64,000 bases of DNA from Saprolegnia diclina VS20. Lineage: Eukaryota. The translations under genes were made by a program, and so were the position numbers. Positions within the stretch are counted from its first letter, which is position 1; every line of letters begins with the position of its first letter. The DNA is taken from contig NW_008246072.1 in NCBI RefSeq assembly GCF_000281045.1, positions 699,232 through 763,231 on the forward strand. Reading direction: 5' to 3'. This document shows, in pieces, positions 35,790 through 46,787 of this stretch. The notes below the pieces were generated by a model. The model saw nothing but the letters and a program-made list of their open reading frames with translations, was not told where the DNA came from and did no database searches.

Positions 35790-37142
35790 TTACTGCACGG
35801 CGCTGGTGGTCCGCGGTCGGGACGAGGGGCTGAGGCTGCTGTTGGTCGTCGGCGCTGTGTGGAACGACTGCGTATGGAACGACGAGCTCTGCGGGTCGGA
35901 CGACGTCATGAACGAGTCGGTCTGAAACGAGTCGCTGTCGTCGCTGCCGGTGAAGCTCGAGATGCGCGACCGGACAGTGTCCGAGCTTGAATCTTCAAAC
36001 GACGAGTCGTCGTGCCACGTGCTCCGCACCGCCGCGTTGCTGTTGTTGACCGGCGTCACCAGCACCGACGACTCCATCGCCGACTGCCACAGGTTGTCGT
36101 GCATCGTCGACGAGCCGGTCGACTTGGCCGACGGCGAGTACTCGACGGACGGCGTGTGGAAGCTATGGGCCGAGTAGCGTGGCGATGCGAGCGCGGCGAT
36201 CGGCGCCGGCGGCGGCGGCACCACGGTCGACGGCCGGGCGTTGGACGAGCTGCTAAACGAGTGGGTTGGCGGTGCGGGCATTTGGTAGTACGGCGTCGCC
36301 GTCGACTGGCTCCCGGACGGCGAGAAGAGTGCAACGTGCGGCCCGAGGCGCGACGTGTCGAGCGGCTCGTTGTCGTCGCCGAGGTCGCCGGTCGGCCGCC
36401 CGGGGTACTTGTGCGCGTACGACGCGGCCGAGATGTGGTCGTCGTCGCCATCGGCGGCGCGGGCCGCCGCCCGGCGAATGCCGATAAAGATGACAAGGAA
36501 GCAAAGAAGAAGCGCCGCAAAACTACCGACAAGAATGACCCAGAGCATGCTGCTGGTCTTGTTGTCGGATCCGGAGGCCGACGAGACAGGCGGCGCACTG
36601 GTGGCTTGGTTGAGGTCAGACGTTGCGCGGAGGCTTGGTGTCGGTGTCGGGACCTCGGTCGGTGGCGCACTCGTTTCTGCGGGCGTTGTGGTCGGTGCGG
36701 ACGATGTTGACGGTTCTGGAGTCACCGTTGTCGGCGCAGGTGTTATGGTCGTCGGCGGGGAGGTTGAGGGTGATGGGGTCGGCTCTGGCGTCGGCGCCGG
36801 TGTTGGTGCGGGTGTCGGCGCAGGCGTTGGTGCTGGAGTAGGCGCGGGCGTCGGCGCCGGCGTTGGGGCTGGTGTCGGCGCAGGCGTTGGCGCAGGAGTA
36901 GGCGCGGGTGTCGGCGCCGGTGTCGGGGCTGGTGTCGGCGCAGGCGTTGGCGCAGGAGTAGGCGCGGGCGTTGGGGCCGGCGTTGGGGCCGGCGTCGGCG
37001 GATCCGTGGTCGTCCCATTACTGCCTCCGTCCAGCTGCCGCACACTCGTGGTCGGCGGCAAAACCTCGGTCACGCTGCTGTTCGTCGTCGCCGCCACGAC
37101 CATGACGATCGCCAGGAGCACGAGGCGCTGCAAGTAGTTCAT
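35790..37142 (-). CDS. Mucin-like type I membrane protein with PTPA repeats
   Basis: Signal [18 protein letters not shown], Pro/Thr stalk, [25 protein letters not shown], Ser-rich tail. Confidence 0.85.
   Translation of the reverse strand: MNYLQRLVLLAIVMVVAATTNSSVTEVLPPTTSVRQLDGGSNGTTTDPPTPAPTPAPTPAPTPAPTPAPTPAPTPAPTPAPTPAPTPAPTPAPTPAPTPAPTPAPTPAPTPAPTPAPTPEPTPSPSTSPPTTITPAPTTVTPEPSTSSAPTTTPAETSAPPTEVPTPTPSLRATSDLNQATSAPPVSSASGSDNKTSSMLWVILVGSFAALLLCFLVIFIGIRRAAARAADGDDDHISAASYAHKYPGRPTGDLGDDNEPLDTSRLGPHVALFSPSGSQSTATPYYQMPAPPTHSFSSSSNARPSTVVPPPPAPIAALASPRYSAHSFHTPSVEYSPSAKSTGSSTMHDNLWQSAMESSVLVTPVNNSNAAVRSTWHDDSSFEDSSSDTVRSRISSFTGSDDSDSFQTDSFMTSSDPQSSSFHTQSFHTAPTTNSSLSPSSRPRTTSAVQ
36781..36997 (-). 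repeat. 12-bp coding tandem repeat (PTPA) x ~17 with 60-bp higher-order period
   Basis: The GGAGTAGGCGCGGG variant recurs at 60-nt spacing (about 36835, 36895, 36955). Confidence 0.9.
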
Positions 37143-37921
37143 GCTGCGGGATTGCAATTCAGTCTGCCCGTCGCGGCGCAAGGGGACTCCCGGTATGATG
37201 ATGAACTGGCACCGGAGCAAGGCCGTGGACAGGCCACGGGAGCAATATTTTATATCCGGCTGGATGTTGCCGCCAACGTGAGGCCAGTTTTTTTACTCAG
37301 TGACTTGGTGTTTGTATACGACCTCGGAAGTTGGCGATAAAAAAACACCCGAGCACGAACGACGTGACGCCACGTACACCTGTGGCGCCGAGCAGAGGGA
37401 CCGGCGGTCACGACCTGGCAGCAGGACGGCCCGAGCTGCTGCTGACGGCCCGCTTGTGCTTGCGCTGACCAAGGCGCGAGGGCCATTCAATCGAGTTTGC
37501 ATTGGCGCCTGCGCGTAATGCCAGGTCGACCATGTCTCCTGGGTGCTGTCTCGCGCGCCATTACTCGCGGTCGATGGAGAGATGAGAATGATGAAGGGCC
37601 TGTCGTTGGACGAACTTGCGGCTGCGGGCGGCGCTGTCGGCAAGGCTAGTAGTGGTTCGCTTCAGAATGCTTGGTTCCGGGCACAGATGAGCTCTCACCA
37701 CAGTGGTCTGCAAGTGGACGGGCCACTTGACGTTACTAGCTACTCACGGCGCGCAGCTCCGGCGCACGCACGGTGCGATTCTGGTCGGACCACGCCGACG
37801 CCGCCAGGTGTATTAATACATTCTTTTGAAGTGGTTGTCGTCGCGACGGGACAGGAGGAGAAGACATGGTGTAGTTGATTCGATAAAATAGGGAAAAAGC
37901 CGCCTGCATTCGGCGACCCTT

Positions 37922-39059
37922 TTACAATTCGTAGGAGCCACGCTCTTGCTTGGTGCCACGGTGCGACGGAAAGTCGTCGACGCTCGACCCGAGACTCTCG
38001 TCGCGGCTCAGAAAGCTGCTGTCGCGGCTCACGTCGCTGCCCGAGTCGTCAAACTTGGCGCTGTTGTAGCTGTTGGTGTCGAGCCGGTCAATGTCGACGC
38101 CGTCCGAATCGTAGTTGGGTTTTTGCATCGCTTGCATCCACGCGTTCTTGCCGCTGTGGTTGCTCGGCTCGCTCGAGGTCGCCGACTCCCGGTCGTAAAA
38201 CTCTTGCGGCGACGTCTGCCCGTACATGTCGGCGTACGGCTGGTGTTGCGCGGCGGCGGCGGCCGCGATCGCTGCCGGGGCCGTCGGCTGCTGGTACGGA
38301 GCGGCCGCATAGTCGTTCGAGTAGGCGTAGCTGTTGCCGGTGGTCGCCGTCGCGGTCGTCGCCGGTGCATACGCCGGCTGCACTGGCGTCATCGGCTTGG
38401 TGTTGTTGTTGTACACGGGCGTCACGTCCTTGGCGTTAAAGTCGTTGGGCGAGAGGAGGTCGTCGTCGTCGTCGTGCTTCTTCTTGACGCACATGTACAC
38501 GAGGCCAGCGAGGACACCGACACCGCAAACGATGCCAACAACGATACCAATGACCGCGCCCGAGCTGATGCCCGAGTCACCCGAATCATTCGACACGGGC
38601 GTCGGACTCTTCGTCGTCGGCTTGGGCGTGCGCGGGGGGCCTGTGCCCAAGGACGACTCTGACGTTGGCGCGGGCGTCGCCTGGGACTGCGTAGGCTGCG
38701 GCGCCTGCGTCGGTTGGTTGGGCTGCGTCGGCGTCGGTGTCTGCGTCGGCTGCGTCGATGTCGGGACCGTGGTCGTCGGAACCGCCGATGACGTCACCGC
38801 CGGCGTCGTTGTCACCGGCACCGTGGTCACCGGCGCTGTGGTCGGGGCGACTGTCGTTTCCGTCGGCGTCGGCGACGGCGTCACGGTCGTCGTCACCGGC
38901 GTGGTCGTCGTCACGTTGTTGGCTTGAAGGCCACGGAGCGAGATGACGCTCTCTATCACGACAATGAGATATCGCGACACCCAGCGAGCGCTGCATACCA
39001 TCGGCGGTGGCAGCAACAGCCACGGCGAGAAGCGCAGCGAACGAAGAGAAGACCCGCAT
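37922..39059 (-). CDS. Mucin-like type I membrane protein, 2 exons
   Basis: Signal MRVFSSFAALLAVAVAA, intron 38998-38953, Thr-rich stalk, TM GAVIGIVVGIVCGVGVLAGLVYM then KKK; ends RGSYEL. Confidence 0.88.
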
Positions 39060-39688
39060 GGAGGGTGGAGTACTGGCCTGCGTCAATACTGGAATGGAGT
39101 CGGCCTTGGCTGCATGTAGCGCACCAGCTGGCACGACCTTGTTCTCAGACGGCGCGCCAAGATGATTAATAAAATACCGACTGGTTAATGGTGTCGCAGG
39201 TTTACGCTGGCGGCTTGCATAATATTATTCATCGACGCGCGCGTAGCATAGGCAGCGCTGGCTCGCGTAACAGCGTGACCAACCTCCTGCGGTGGGCGAC
39301 GCCGTGTGGGTGCAATGGCCCTTATCGGCGCAGTCACAGTCCGTCCACCAGCCCGCGTGATTCCACCGCGGAGCTTGCAATGCCATGGTCGAATGGCCGA
39401 ATGCGCGTCGAGCCGCTCCGGCAGACGACTGCGATATGGTCGCCGGCGTCTCGTTCGCCGATGGCAGCTGGTGACCCATCTCCGGCAATAAGTGGAGCGT
39501 CGCAAGCAGTACTTGTTGTAGCAGTTGTCGTGTCTTCAACTGACTGGCCCACTTATCTCACTTTGATGGACCTGTTGATGGACGGCTACTCGGGCGGTTG
39601 ATGGGCGTCAGGAGAGAAGGGGCGCTGGGATAAAAGGGTCAACTGCCGTGGATTCCTGCGCCACGGACATGGCACTTGACGACTCGAC

Positions 39689-40797
39689 ATGCATCCGCAC
39701 GGGCGCGCGTTGCAAGCGCCGGCAGGTGGTACGTCTGGCAACATCCAATCGCTGATCATCACGATCATTCCGCGAACGAAGCGCCCCGACGCGACACCAC
39801 CCGAGGTGCCGGCGCCAACCCCCGAGGCCACGGCCACGGACATGCCGTCGACCGACGAGACGCGCACGGTATCACCGGATGCCGCGCCAACACCGACGCC
39901 AACGCCGGCGCCAACACCGACACCCGCACCGACACCGACACCTGCACCGACACCCGCGCCAACACCGACGCCCACGGATACGCCGACGGATTCGCCCACG
40001 ACGTCGCCAAGGCCGACAAATACAACCACATCGAGGCCGACCCGTACAGCATCGCCGCCGCCGACGACTGCCGTGGTCATGACACGTGTCCCGGTGCCGT
40101 CGATCTTGATTGTAGCGCCCGACGCGGACTTGGACACAACAACGACGCCTCCGCCCTCGAGTTTGCCGTCACCGACGTGGACGTCCCGACCGGCGATCAA
40201 CACGGCGCCAGGTAGGATCCACGAGCACTAATGTCGACGGCTCATAGTGCATCGCTCGGAGTAGGTACAAAAAGCGACGGTCTGAGCCCGAGCTTGGTCG
40301 CGGCGCTCATTTGTGGCGCGGCCGTCGTCGTGCTTGCCGCGATGCTCTTGTACAACGACCACCGCCGTCGTCGGCGGGAGCGCAACGTGCGGAGTCTCAC
40401 GGCCGTCTCGTGGACCAACAACACATCGCCGGCACTGCCACCGGCGACCACCTCCATGTCCAACTGGACATACCAGCCGAGCGAGTCGCTCGGTGCGACG
40501 CGGGGCGTCGAGTATTTTATGGACGGCACGACCATGCCAAAGGCGACCTCGTTTGCGCCGCTGCAGCCACGCTGGGCGCGCCGCAGCGAAGCGCAAGACG
40601 ACGTGCCGCCCGAGATGCGCACCAACGAGTGGTACCAGGCGTCGCTTCCGGCGCCACCGCCACCACAAGAGCAACAACCCGAGTCGAGTTATGGCAGCGA
40701 GAGTCTGCACTCGGAAATATCCTTGTCGTTCCACGACAGCAGTGGCCGCGGCCCGTCGCGCTTGACGCGCACGAGCTGGGACTCGATGGAAGAGTGA
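39689..40797 (+). CDS. Pro/Thr-rich single-TM protein, 2 exons (true start uncertain)
   Basis: PTPAPT repeats; intron 40212-40264 joins in frame to TM LVAALICGAAVVVLAAMLLY followed by RRRRR. Confidence 0.75.
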
Positions 40798-40914
40798 GTC
40801 ATAGCTATGTAGGAAGGTATCAATATTGTACGATAACATATATAAGCACCTGGACCTAGAATCGGCGCTAGCGTTTTCTAGTCAATTGTCGTTGGGGATG
40901 TGCTGGATTTGTGG

Positions 40915-43504
40915 TTAGGGTTTGGGAAGTAGCGGGATCCAATCGAAGCCTTCGAAGAGCATGTCCATGCCCATCGACCCAGCTTGCGCCTGCACGGCGT
41001 TGAGGCCCAGGAGGTTGGTCACGACGACCGCGTACGTATCGAGCGCTGTTGCTGCATCGGTCGGCGGCGGCGCCTCGCGGACCATAGTCTGCAGGTCGCC
41101 TTGTAGCGCAGTCACGGCGTGGCGCCACAGTTTGGCCAGCTGCCCCGTCGTGCCCAGAACCGTGCGCCACTAGTCGCACTGACAGTCGCTGTGCGCGTGC
41201 ACCATTGCGTACCTTGTCAAAGACGGGGATCGGCAAGAGCTTCTTCAATACGCTCTGCGGAGCAAAGAGCGGCTGTAGCGTCGGAAACGCCCAGTTCCAG
41301 CTCGCCGTCTACGATAGAGTGACCGTCAAACGTCCGTCGACGTGCCACGTAGTGCAGTACTTTGGAGTAGGCGACGACCGAGACAAGGTACTGCATTGCA
41401 GACCAGAGCCGGTGTCGCGCGGCCGCGTTGGCCATGGCGACTTGGTCTCGCCAGGTCGTGGCTGTCACCGTCGATCGGCGACTATTGGGCTTCTTGAACG
41501 TGGCTTTTTCACGCGCCAAATGGGCGCTTGCCGCCGCGGTCGCCTCGGCCTCGTACTGGCTGTGCCGTAGGACTTGCTACATCCATTTTGGTCAAAGAAG
41601 GAGGTTGAACCAAAGCGACCTCGAGAATCTGCGCAACCGACTGCCGGCCGAGCCGCGACGACGCAAACGCGCGCAGCCCAAGGTGCTCGAGCACGTTGAA
41701 GCGCTTGTTGGTGAGCAGATCGCGCACCGAGACATTGAGCGCCACATGCACCTCGAACGACGAGACGAGGTTGTGTACTTGGAGCATCGACGGCAAGTCC
41801 GCGTCCACAAACACATTGAACGGATCGAGCGCGTCGGTGAAGAGGAGGACGACGCGGACGACAGGGGAGCCGTGCGTCTCGAGCCGCGACGGTGTCACGA
41901 CTACGGTGCCATGCGTCAGCGCTTGGAGAAATGGTCGTGGCGCGCACCCAGCGTGCTATGGTAGTACGGCATAGAGGCAAAGTGGTCATGGAAGAGGTCG
42001 TCGACGATCGACTCCATCGCACGCGCCGTCTCGGCCAAAGCCTCGTCTACAGACATCGTCTCTGATATCTACAAGGTTTACAGTCGCACCCGAGATATCG
42101 CTGCGGGCGACAAAGTCGAAGTAGAGATAGCACTCGGCGCCGTCGTGGCGGTAGCCGAGCTTGTGCAATGTGGCAGACGCTAGACAGAGAGGTATGCGCC
42201 ATGGAGTCGCCACGCCAGTGGGTACAGTCGACTTCGGTCGTAAAGGAGATTTGGATTTCTGCAGATGTGGCAAACTCGGGGTTGCCAACATCGAGCTTGA
42301 GCGTATACTCGCCATACGTCGTGGGCAAGAGGCGACCGACTGGGTGTATAAGGTCAACGACAAGCGATGATTGGTACGACGTAGTACGCTGAAGGAGGCC
42401 CGTGCGTGCAGCTCGCTGGACGTAGGTGCGTAGCGACTGAAGCGATGCGTGCATACGGCGCAGCACAGTGTACGTTCGTCGTTGCAGCGTCAAGACGGCC
42501 TGCGACCAGCTCTACACCCATCGTAGCTGTGCAGGCGCCATTCCTCCATGTGGTCGCACCGAGAGCATCGGTGGTGCGTAGCTCGAGAGCGCCAGCGCCA
42601 CAAACGCGTCGCGGTAGATGAACGTCATGCAGTCGCTCAACCGAACGCGGGACATCTGCTTGTAGCCAAAGAGCCGAATCGCGCGGTTGCGCTGCAAAAT
42701 GCACTCCATGCACTCGGCGTACACGCGCATGAGCCGCACGACGCTGTCGACAGCGCGTCGTGAGGCGAGAATGCCGGCGTCGGCGAGCAAGTAGGGCAGC
42801 TGCGCCATGGGCAGCTTTCCTACGCGTCGACATGCGATCCTCGTCGACAGTGCTACGGACGTACCCAGCGTCGCCGTGTCGTACGCTGCAAAGGTGGCCA
42901 AAAGATGCATGTGGCGAACGAGACCGTCGTCAATCCACGGAAGACCAAAGTACGTCAAGTCGGCGGCCAAGGGGTAGAGGTGCTCGGTTGCCTCGCGGTA
43001 CAGCAGAAAGCCCTACGTGCCATCAGTGACGTATTATGCGTCTCACGGAGAGGAGACCTTGATGGTCAAGTCGCCGTCGGCGGTCGTGTTATACGCGTCG
43101 CTCATGTACATCTTCCACGACTCGATGTTGTCAACCACGTCGCACAGCGGGTCCTAGACCGCGTTCAAAAATGACGTGGCGCGTGCACGGACCTTGGACG
43201 ATGGCGTCGACCGACCGAGCGACGTGAGGTAGTCGATGAACTCTTCGTATGACATGAAGCCATTGTGGTCGGTATCGAATGCGTGGAAGAGTGTCGTGCA
43301 TTTGGCGACGCCAAGGGCGCTGAGCCGGCCGCTTGGAGTGTACAAGAGCCCGGCGTTGAGCACGTCATCGTCTTCGTCGTCGTGGGCCTGAAGAAAGTAC
43401 GCGGCATCGTACCCGTTGGGCTCGCCCTCGCTCTTTGAAATCAGCGCTTTGGTGCTCTCGAGCGCATCCAAGCACGCGGCCCGTGCCTCCAGCAGCGCCT
43501 CCAT
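40915..43504 (-). CDS. Multi-exon EF-hand-containing hypothetical protein
   Basis: FHAFDTDHNGFMSYEEF EF-hand; protein-like minus-strand ORF pieces separated by short introns; ends GFDWIPLLPKP*. Confidence 0.7.
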
Positions 43505-43833
43505 GGTGTGACCCTTCGAGAATGCTCCGTGGTGCCCTCGTCGCAACGGCTAAAACCACCCAACATGCTCGAGATTGCCTCACTTTCGCCTTTGACTAGG
43601 TATGTACAGCCGCGAAGCGCATGATCCTACGCATCTTCGTACCGTGTTGCATCGGCGGTGCGTAGCTGATTGTGCGAAGGAAGACGTGGTGGTCGGCGAC
43701 GTCATCCGCGACTTCTCTTGCTGGTGGCTAAAGAAACGTGATTTTAGCCTTCGTTTGCGCCTCGCTGATTGGCTGAAATGAAGTTGCACTTTGACACGGC
43801 TGGGGTCGGCAGTGCGCAATTGAAAAGGGTCCG

Positions 43834-44997
43834 ATGACGACGACGACGACCGACTATGATGTGATCGTGCTTGGTGTCGGCGCCATGGGCAGCAGCGCGT
43901 GCTACCACTTGGCCAAGCGCGGTCAGCGCGTGCTCGGTCTCGAGCAGTTTGGGCCCGCGCACAACCGCGGCAGCTCCCACGGCAAGACGCGCATGGTGCG
44001 GAAGGCGTACTTTGAACACCCCGACTACGTACCGCTGCTTCGCCGCAGCTACGAGCTATGGGACAAGCTTGGCGCGTCGGTAGGCCGGCCACTCTTCCAC
44101 CGGTCTGGCGTCGTCATCTTTGGTCCGGAAACCAAGACCAATGCGGACGACATCAATGTCCTCGCCGGCGTCCAAGCGTCCGCCGAGGAGCACGACCTGC
44201 CCCTCGAAGTGCTTTCGCGCGACGCATGCCATGCGCGTTTCCCGTACTTTCACGTGCCCGAAGGCTACATCGGGCTCTTTGAGGCGGACGCCGGCTACGT
44301 CGAGGTCGAGGCCAGCGTCAACGCGCACATTGAGCTGGCACGCAAGCTCGATGCCGACCTCCGCTTCAACGAGGCCGTGCTTTCGTGGGACGTCATCTCG
44401 GAAAACGCCGTGTCGGTTCGCACGGCGTCGGGGACGTACACGGCGGCCAAGCTCGTGGTGACGACCGGTGCGTGGTCGTCGTCGATGCTGCGCTCCGCAT
44501 CGCTCGACCTCAAGGTGCACCGCGTGCCGCTATTTTGGTTTGCGCCGGCGCCGACGGAGCGTGGTCGAGCGCTCGCTGCGACGCCCAACATGCCCTGCTT
44601 CGCCATCGATCTGCCCTGTGGGTTTGTGTACGGTTTTCCGTACGTGGACGGCGACGGCGTCAAGATCGCGCCGCACCTGCCTGGCGCTGTCCTGGACGAC
44701 CCGTCGTCGCTGCATCCAAGCGTGCTTCCCGGCGAGCTCGATCCTGTCGCCGAGTGCGTCACCACGTGCTTTCCCGACCTGCTGCCGGCTCCAACGACGT
44801 CGGCGGTGTGCATGTACACCATGTCCAAAGACGGTCATTTCATCATTGATGCCCATCCGGCACACCCCAACGTCGTCTTTGCCGCCGGGTTCTCAGGCCA
44901 CGGATACAAGTTTGCTCCCGTGATCGGAGAAATCCTCAGCGACTTGGCCACGCACGGGTCGACCGACCACCCGATCGGCTTTTTGCGCCGACGCTAA
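43834..44997 (+). CDS. solA: FAD-dependent monomeric sarcosine oxidase / N-methyltryptophan oxidase family protein, intronless
   Basis: DVIVLGVGAMGS, GSSHGKTRMVR, CMYT (covalent FAD cysteine), FSGHGYKFAPVIGE. Confidence 0.9.
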   Translation: MTTTTTDYDVIVLGVGAMGSSACYHLAKRGQRVLGLEQFGPAHNRGSSHGKTRMVRKAYFEHPDYVPLLRRSYELWDKLGASVGRPLFHRSGVVIFGPETKTNADDINVLAGVQASAEEHDLPLEVLSRDACHARFPYFHVPEGYIGLFEADAGYVEVEASVNAHIELARKLDADLRFNEAVLSWDVISENAVSVRTASGTYTAAKLVVTTGAWSSSMLRSASLDLKVHRVPLFWFAPAPTERGRALAATPNMPCFAIDLPCGFVYGFPYVDGDGVKIAPHLPGAVLDDPSSLHPSVLPGELDPVAECVTTCFPDLLPAPTTSAVCMYTMSKDGHFIIDAHPAHPNVVFAAGFSGHGYKFAPVIGEILSDLATHGSTDHPIGFLRRR

Positions 44998-45351
44998 GGC
45001 CGACGACACTTGCAGCGATAGCCGAGTCGAGGCAGTTGGTGTTTCGATGCAGCCTATACTACAATGGCAATGTGTGTACAGTTCTTTGCATTTACGTGCT
45101 GTCGATTCTATGGTACTTGGTGCGTCTGGCTTCGCGACACCTGCCAACGCGGTCCTCGGAGCTCCGAGCTGCGACTTGGTACGGTGAGATTGCGTTGATG
45201 TGCGGGTTCCTCCAGCTGGCGTCGACCAGAGTGCCCTGATTGTTGCATTGAAATAAGAACACAGCAGCAGGTAAAAATAGGTGCACCTCGCATGGACCGG
45301 CGCGCGATATCGGCACAGCAACCGGCGCCGTGCCACGCTTCAAGCTTCACG

Positions 45352-46232
45352 ATGCCCCTCACAGCACCGAGCCGCGTTCGCGCGACGACGTCGCCGTTGC
45401 CGGTGCAGAAGGCCCTGCTTAAGCCGGCGCACCACGTGCCGCCCGTGGGCCACACGAGCGCACCGATCACGACAGCCGTCGCGCCGACGGTGCGCCGGCG
45501 AAAGAGCCGGCATACGTACGCACCATTCCGACCGACTGTGTTTAGCGACAAGCTCCTCGTGCCCGAACAGCACGAGTACGTCGTGCCACGCGACTTGGCC
45601 GCAGACAGCGCCAAGCGCTGGGCGACGCGGGGTCCCATCATGGGCTCCACCCCCAAGCTTGATGTCAAGAGTGGCGCAATGTACGCGCCGACACTCGACT
45701 GCATCTACGACACGGGCAAACACACACTCGGCTACCGCGTGCACCGTACGATTTACTGCTTTGCATCATTATGTGGTTGGTGGCGTTAGTCGAGTGGATC
45801 GTAGATTCGCTGTCGGGCTCGACGCTGTGGAACTCGACCAAGCGCTTTGTGGACCACCAAAGTACGACGGACCGCGTTGGGCCTGGCGCCTACGAGAGCG
45901 TCACGGCGGCGTGGGAGAAAGCGCGGAGCGTCAAGAAGTACCCGTCGCTGCCACCGAGCCCGGGGCACCGCGCGTCGTACCGGCCGCACGTCGACGACGA
46001 GACGTCGGAAGGCCAAACGAACGAGCTCGCGCCATTGGACACGTGGAAGCGCACGACCAAAGCCGTGTCGCCACCGACCGTTGCGTTTGACAAGGCAACA
46101 CGCACGACGTGGATCGACGTGCAGCGAACGCGCGCCGACAAGATGCGGGCGCTGCCGTCCTCGGCGTCGTGCCCCGTACTCGAGCTGCCTAATTACATCA
46201 GCGGTGTACGCACCGGTGTCTTAAAGCTGTAG
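45352..46232 (+). CDS. Hypothetical protein, 2 exons
   Basis: ORFs 45292..45789 and 45771..46232 joinable by a short intron near 45746-45789; VGPGAY motif. Confidence 0.6.
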
Positions 46233-46787
46233 CCTAGCCATATACATCTACGACTGTCCTGAGTATTCTGTCTCAATGCAACCCCGCTATCGTCGTTCTA
46301 GCTCAAGCTTCTTCCAACGACAGCGCGTGGTATCACCAGTTTCGAGCCGGCGGACATAGGAACGACGCAACAAGCCCGATGATCAAGCGGTAAGTAGCTT
46401 CGCGTTTGGCTTCAAGCGTAGCTCTACTTTGGAGGACACGTCGCACGAGCTTTGCCAGCTTGAACACAAACACAATACGACATCCATAAACCTTGGGTGA
46501 TGGCTCTGATTGCACAGGGAGACTGAGGGAGACGGACACTAGTTCGGAAGGAATGGCGACTCTCATTGAACGAGGTGGTCTCTTGGCTCGAATTAGAGTA
46601 TCTCCACGAGACATCGACAACGCCACACGCCGCAGCAGCGCCAACGTGATCGTTTTATGAGCCGTGTGGTTACTGTGATTGCGTACGCGCGCTTGGGCGT
46701 AGAAAGGTCGCGAGGGGTTTCACAGCAACGGCAAAACCCGAGTACTACCACTTTTAGACACCGGCGCCGTGGCGCGAAGCGACACTG

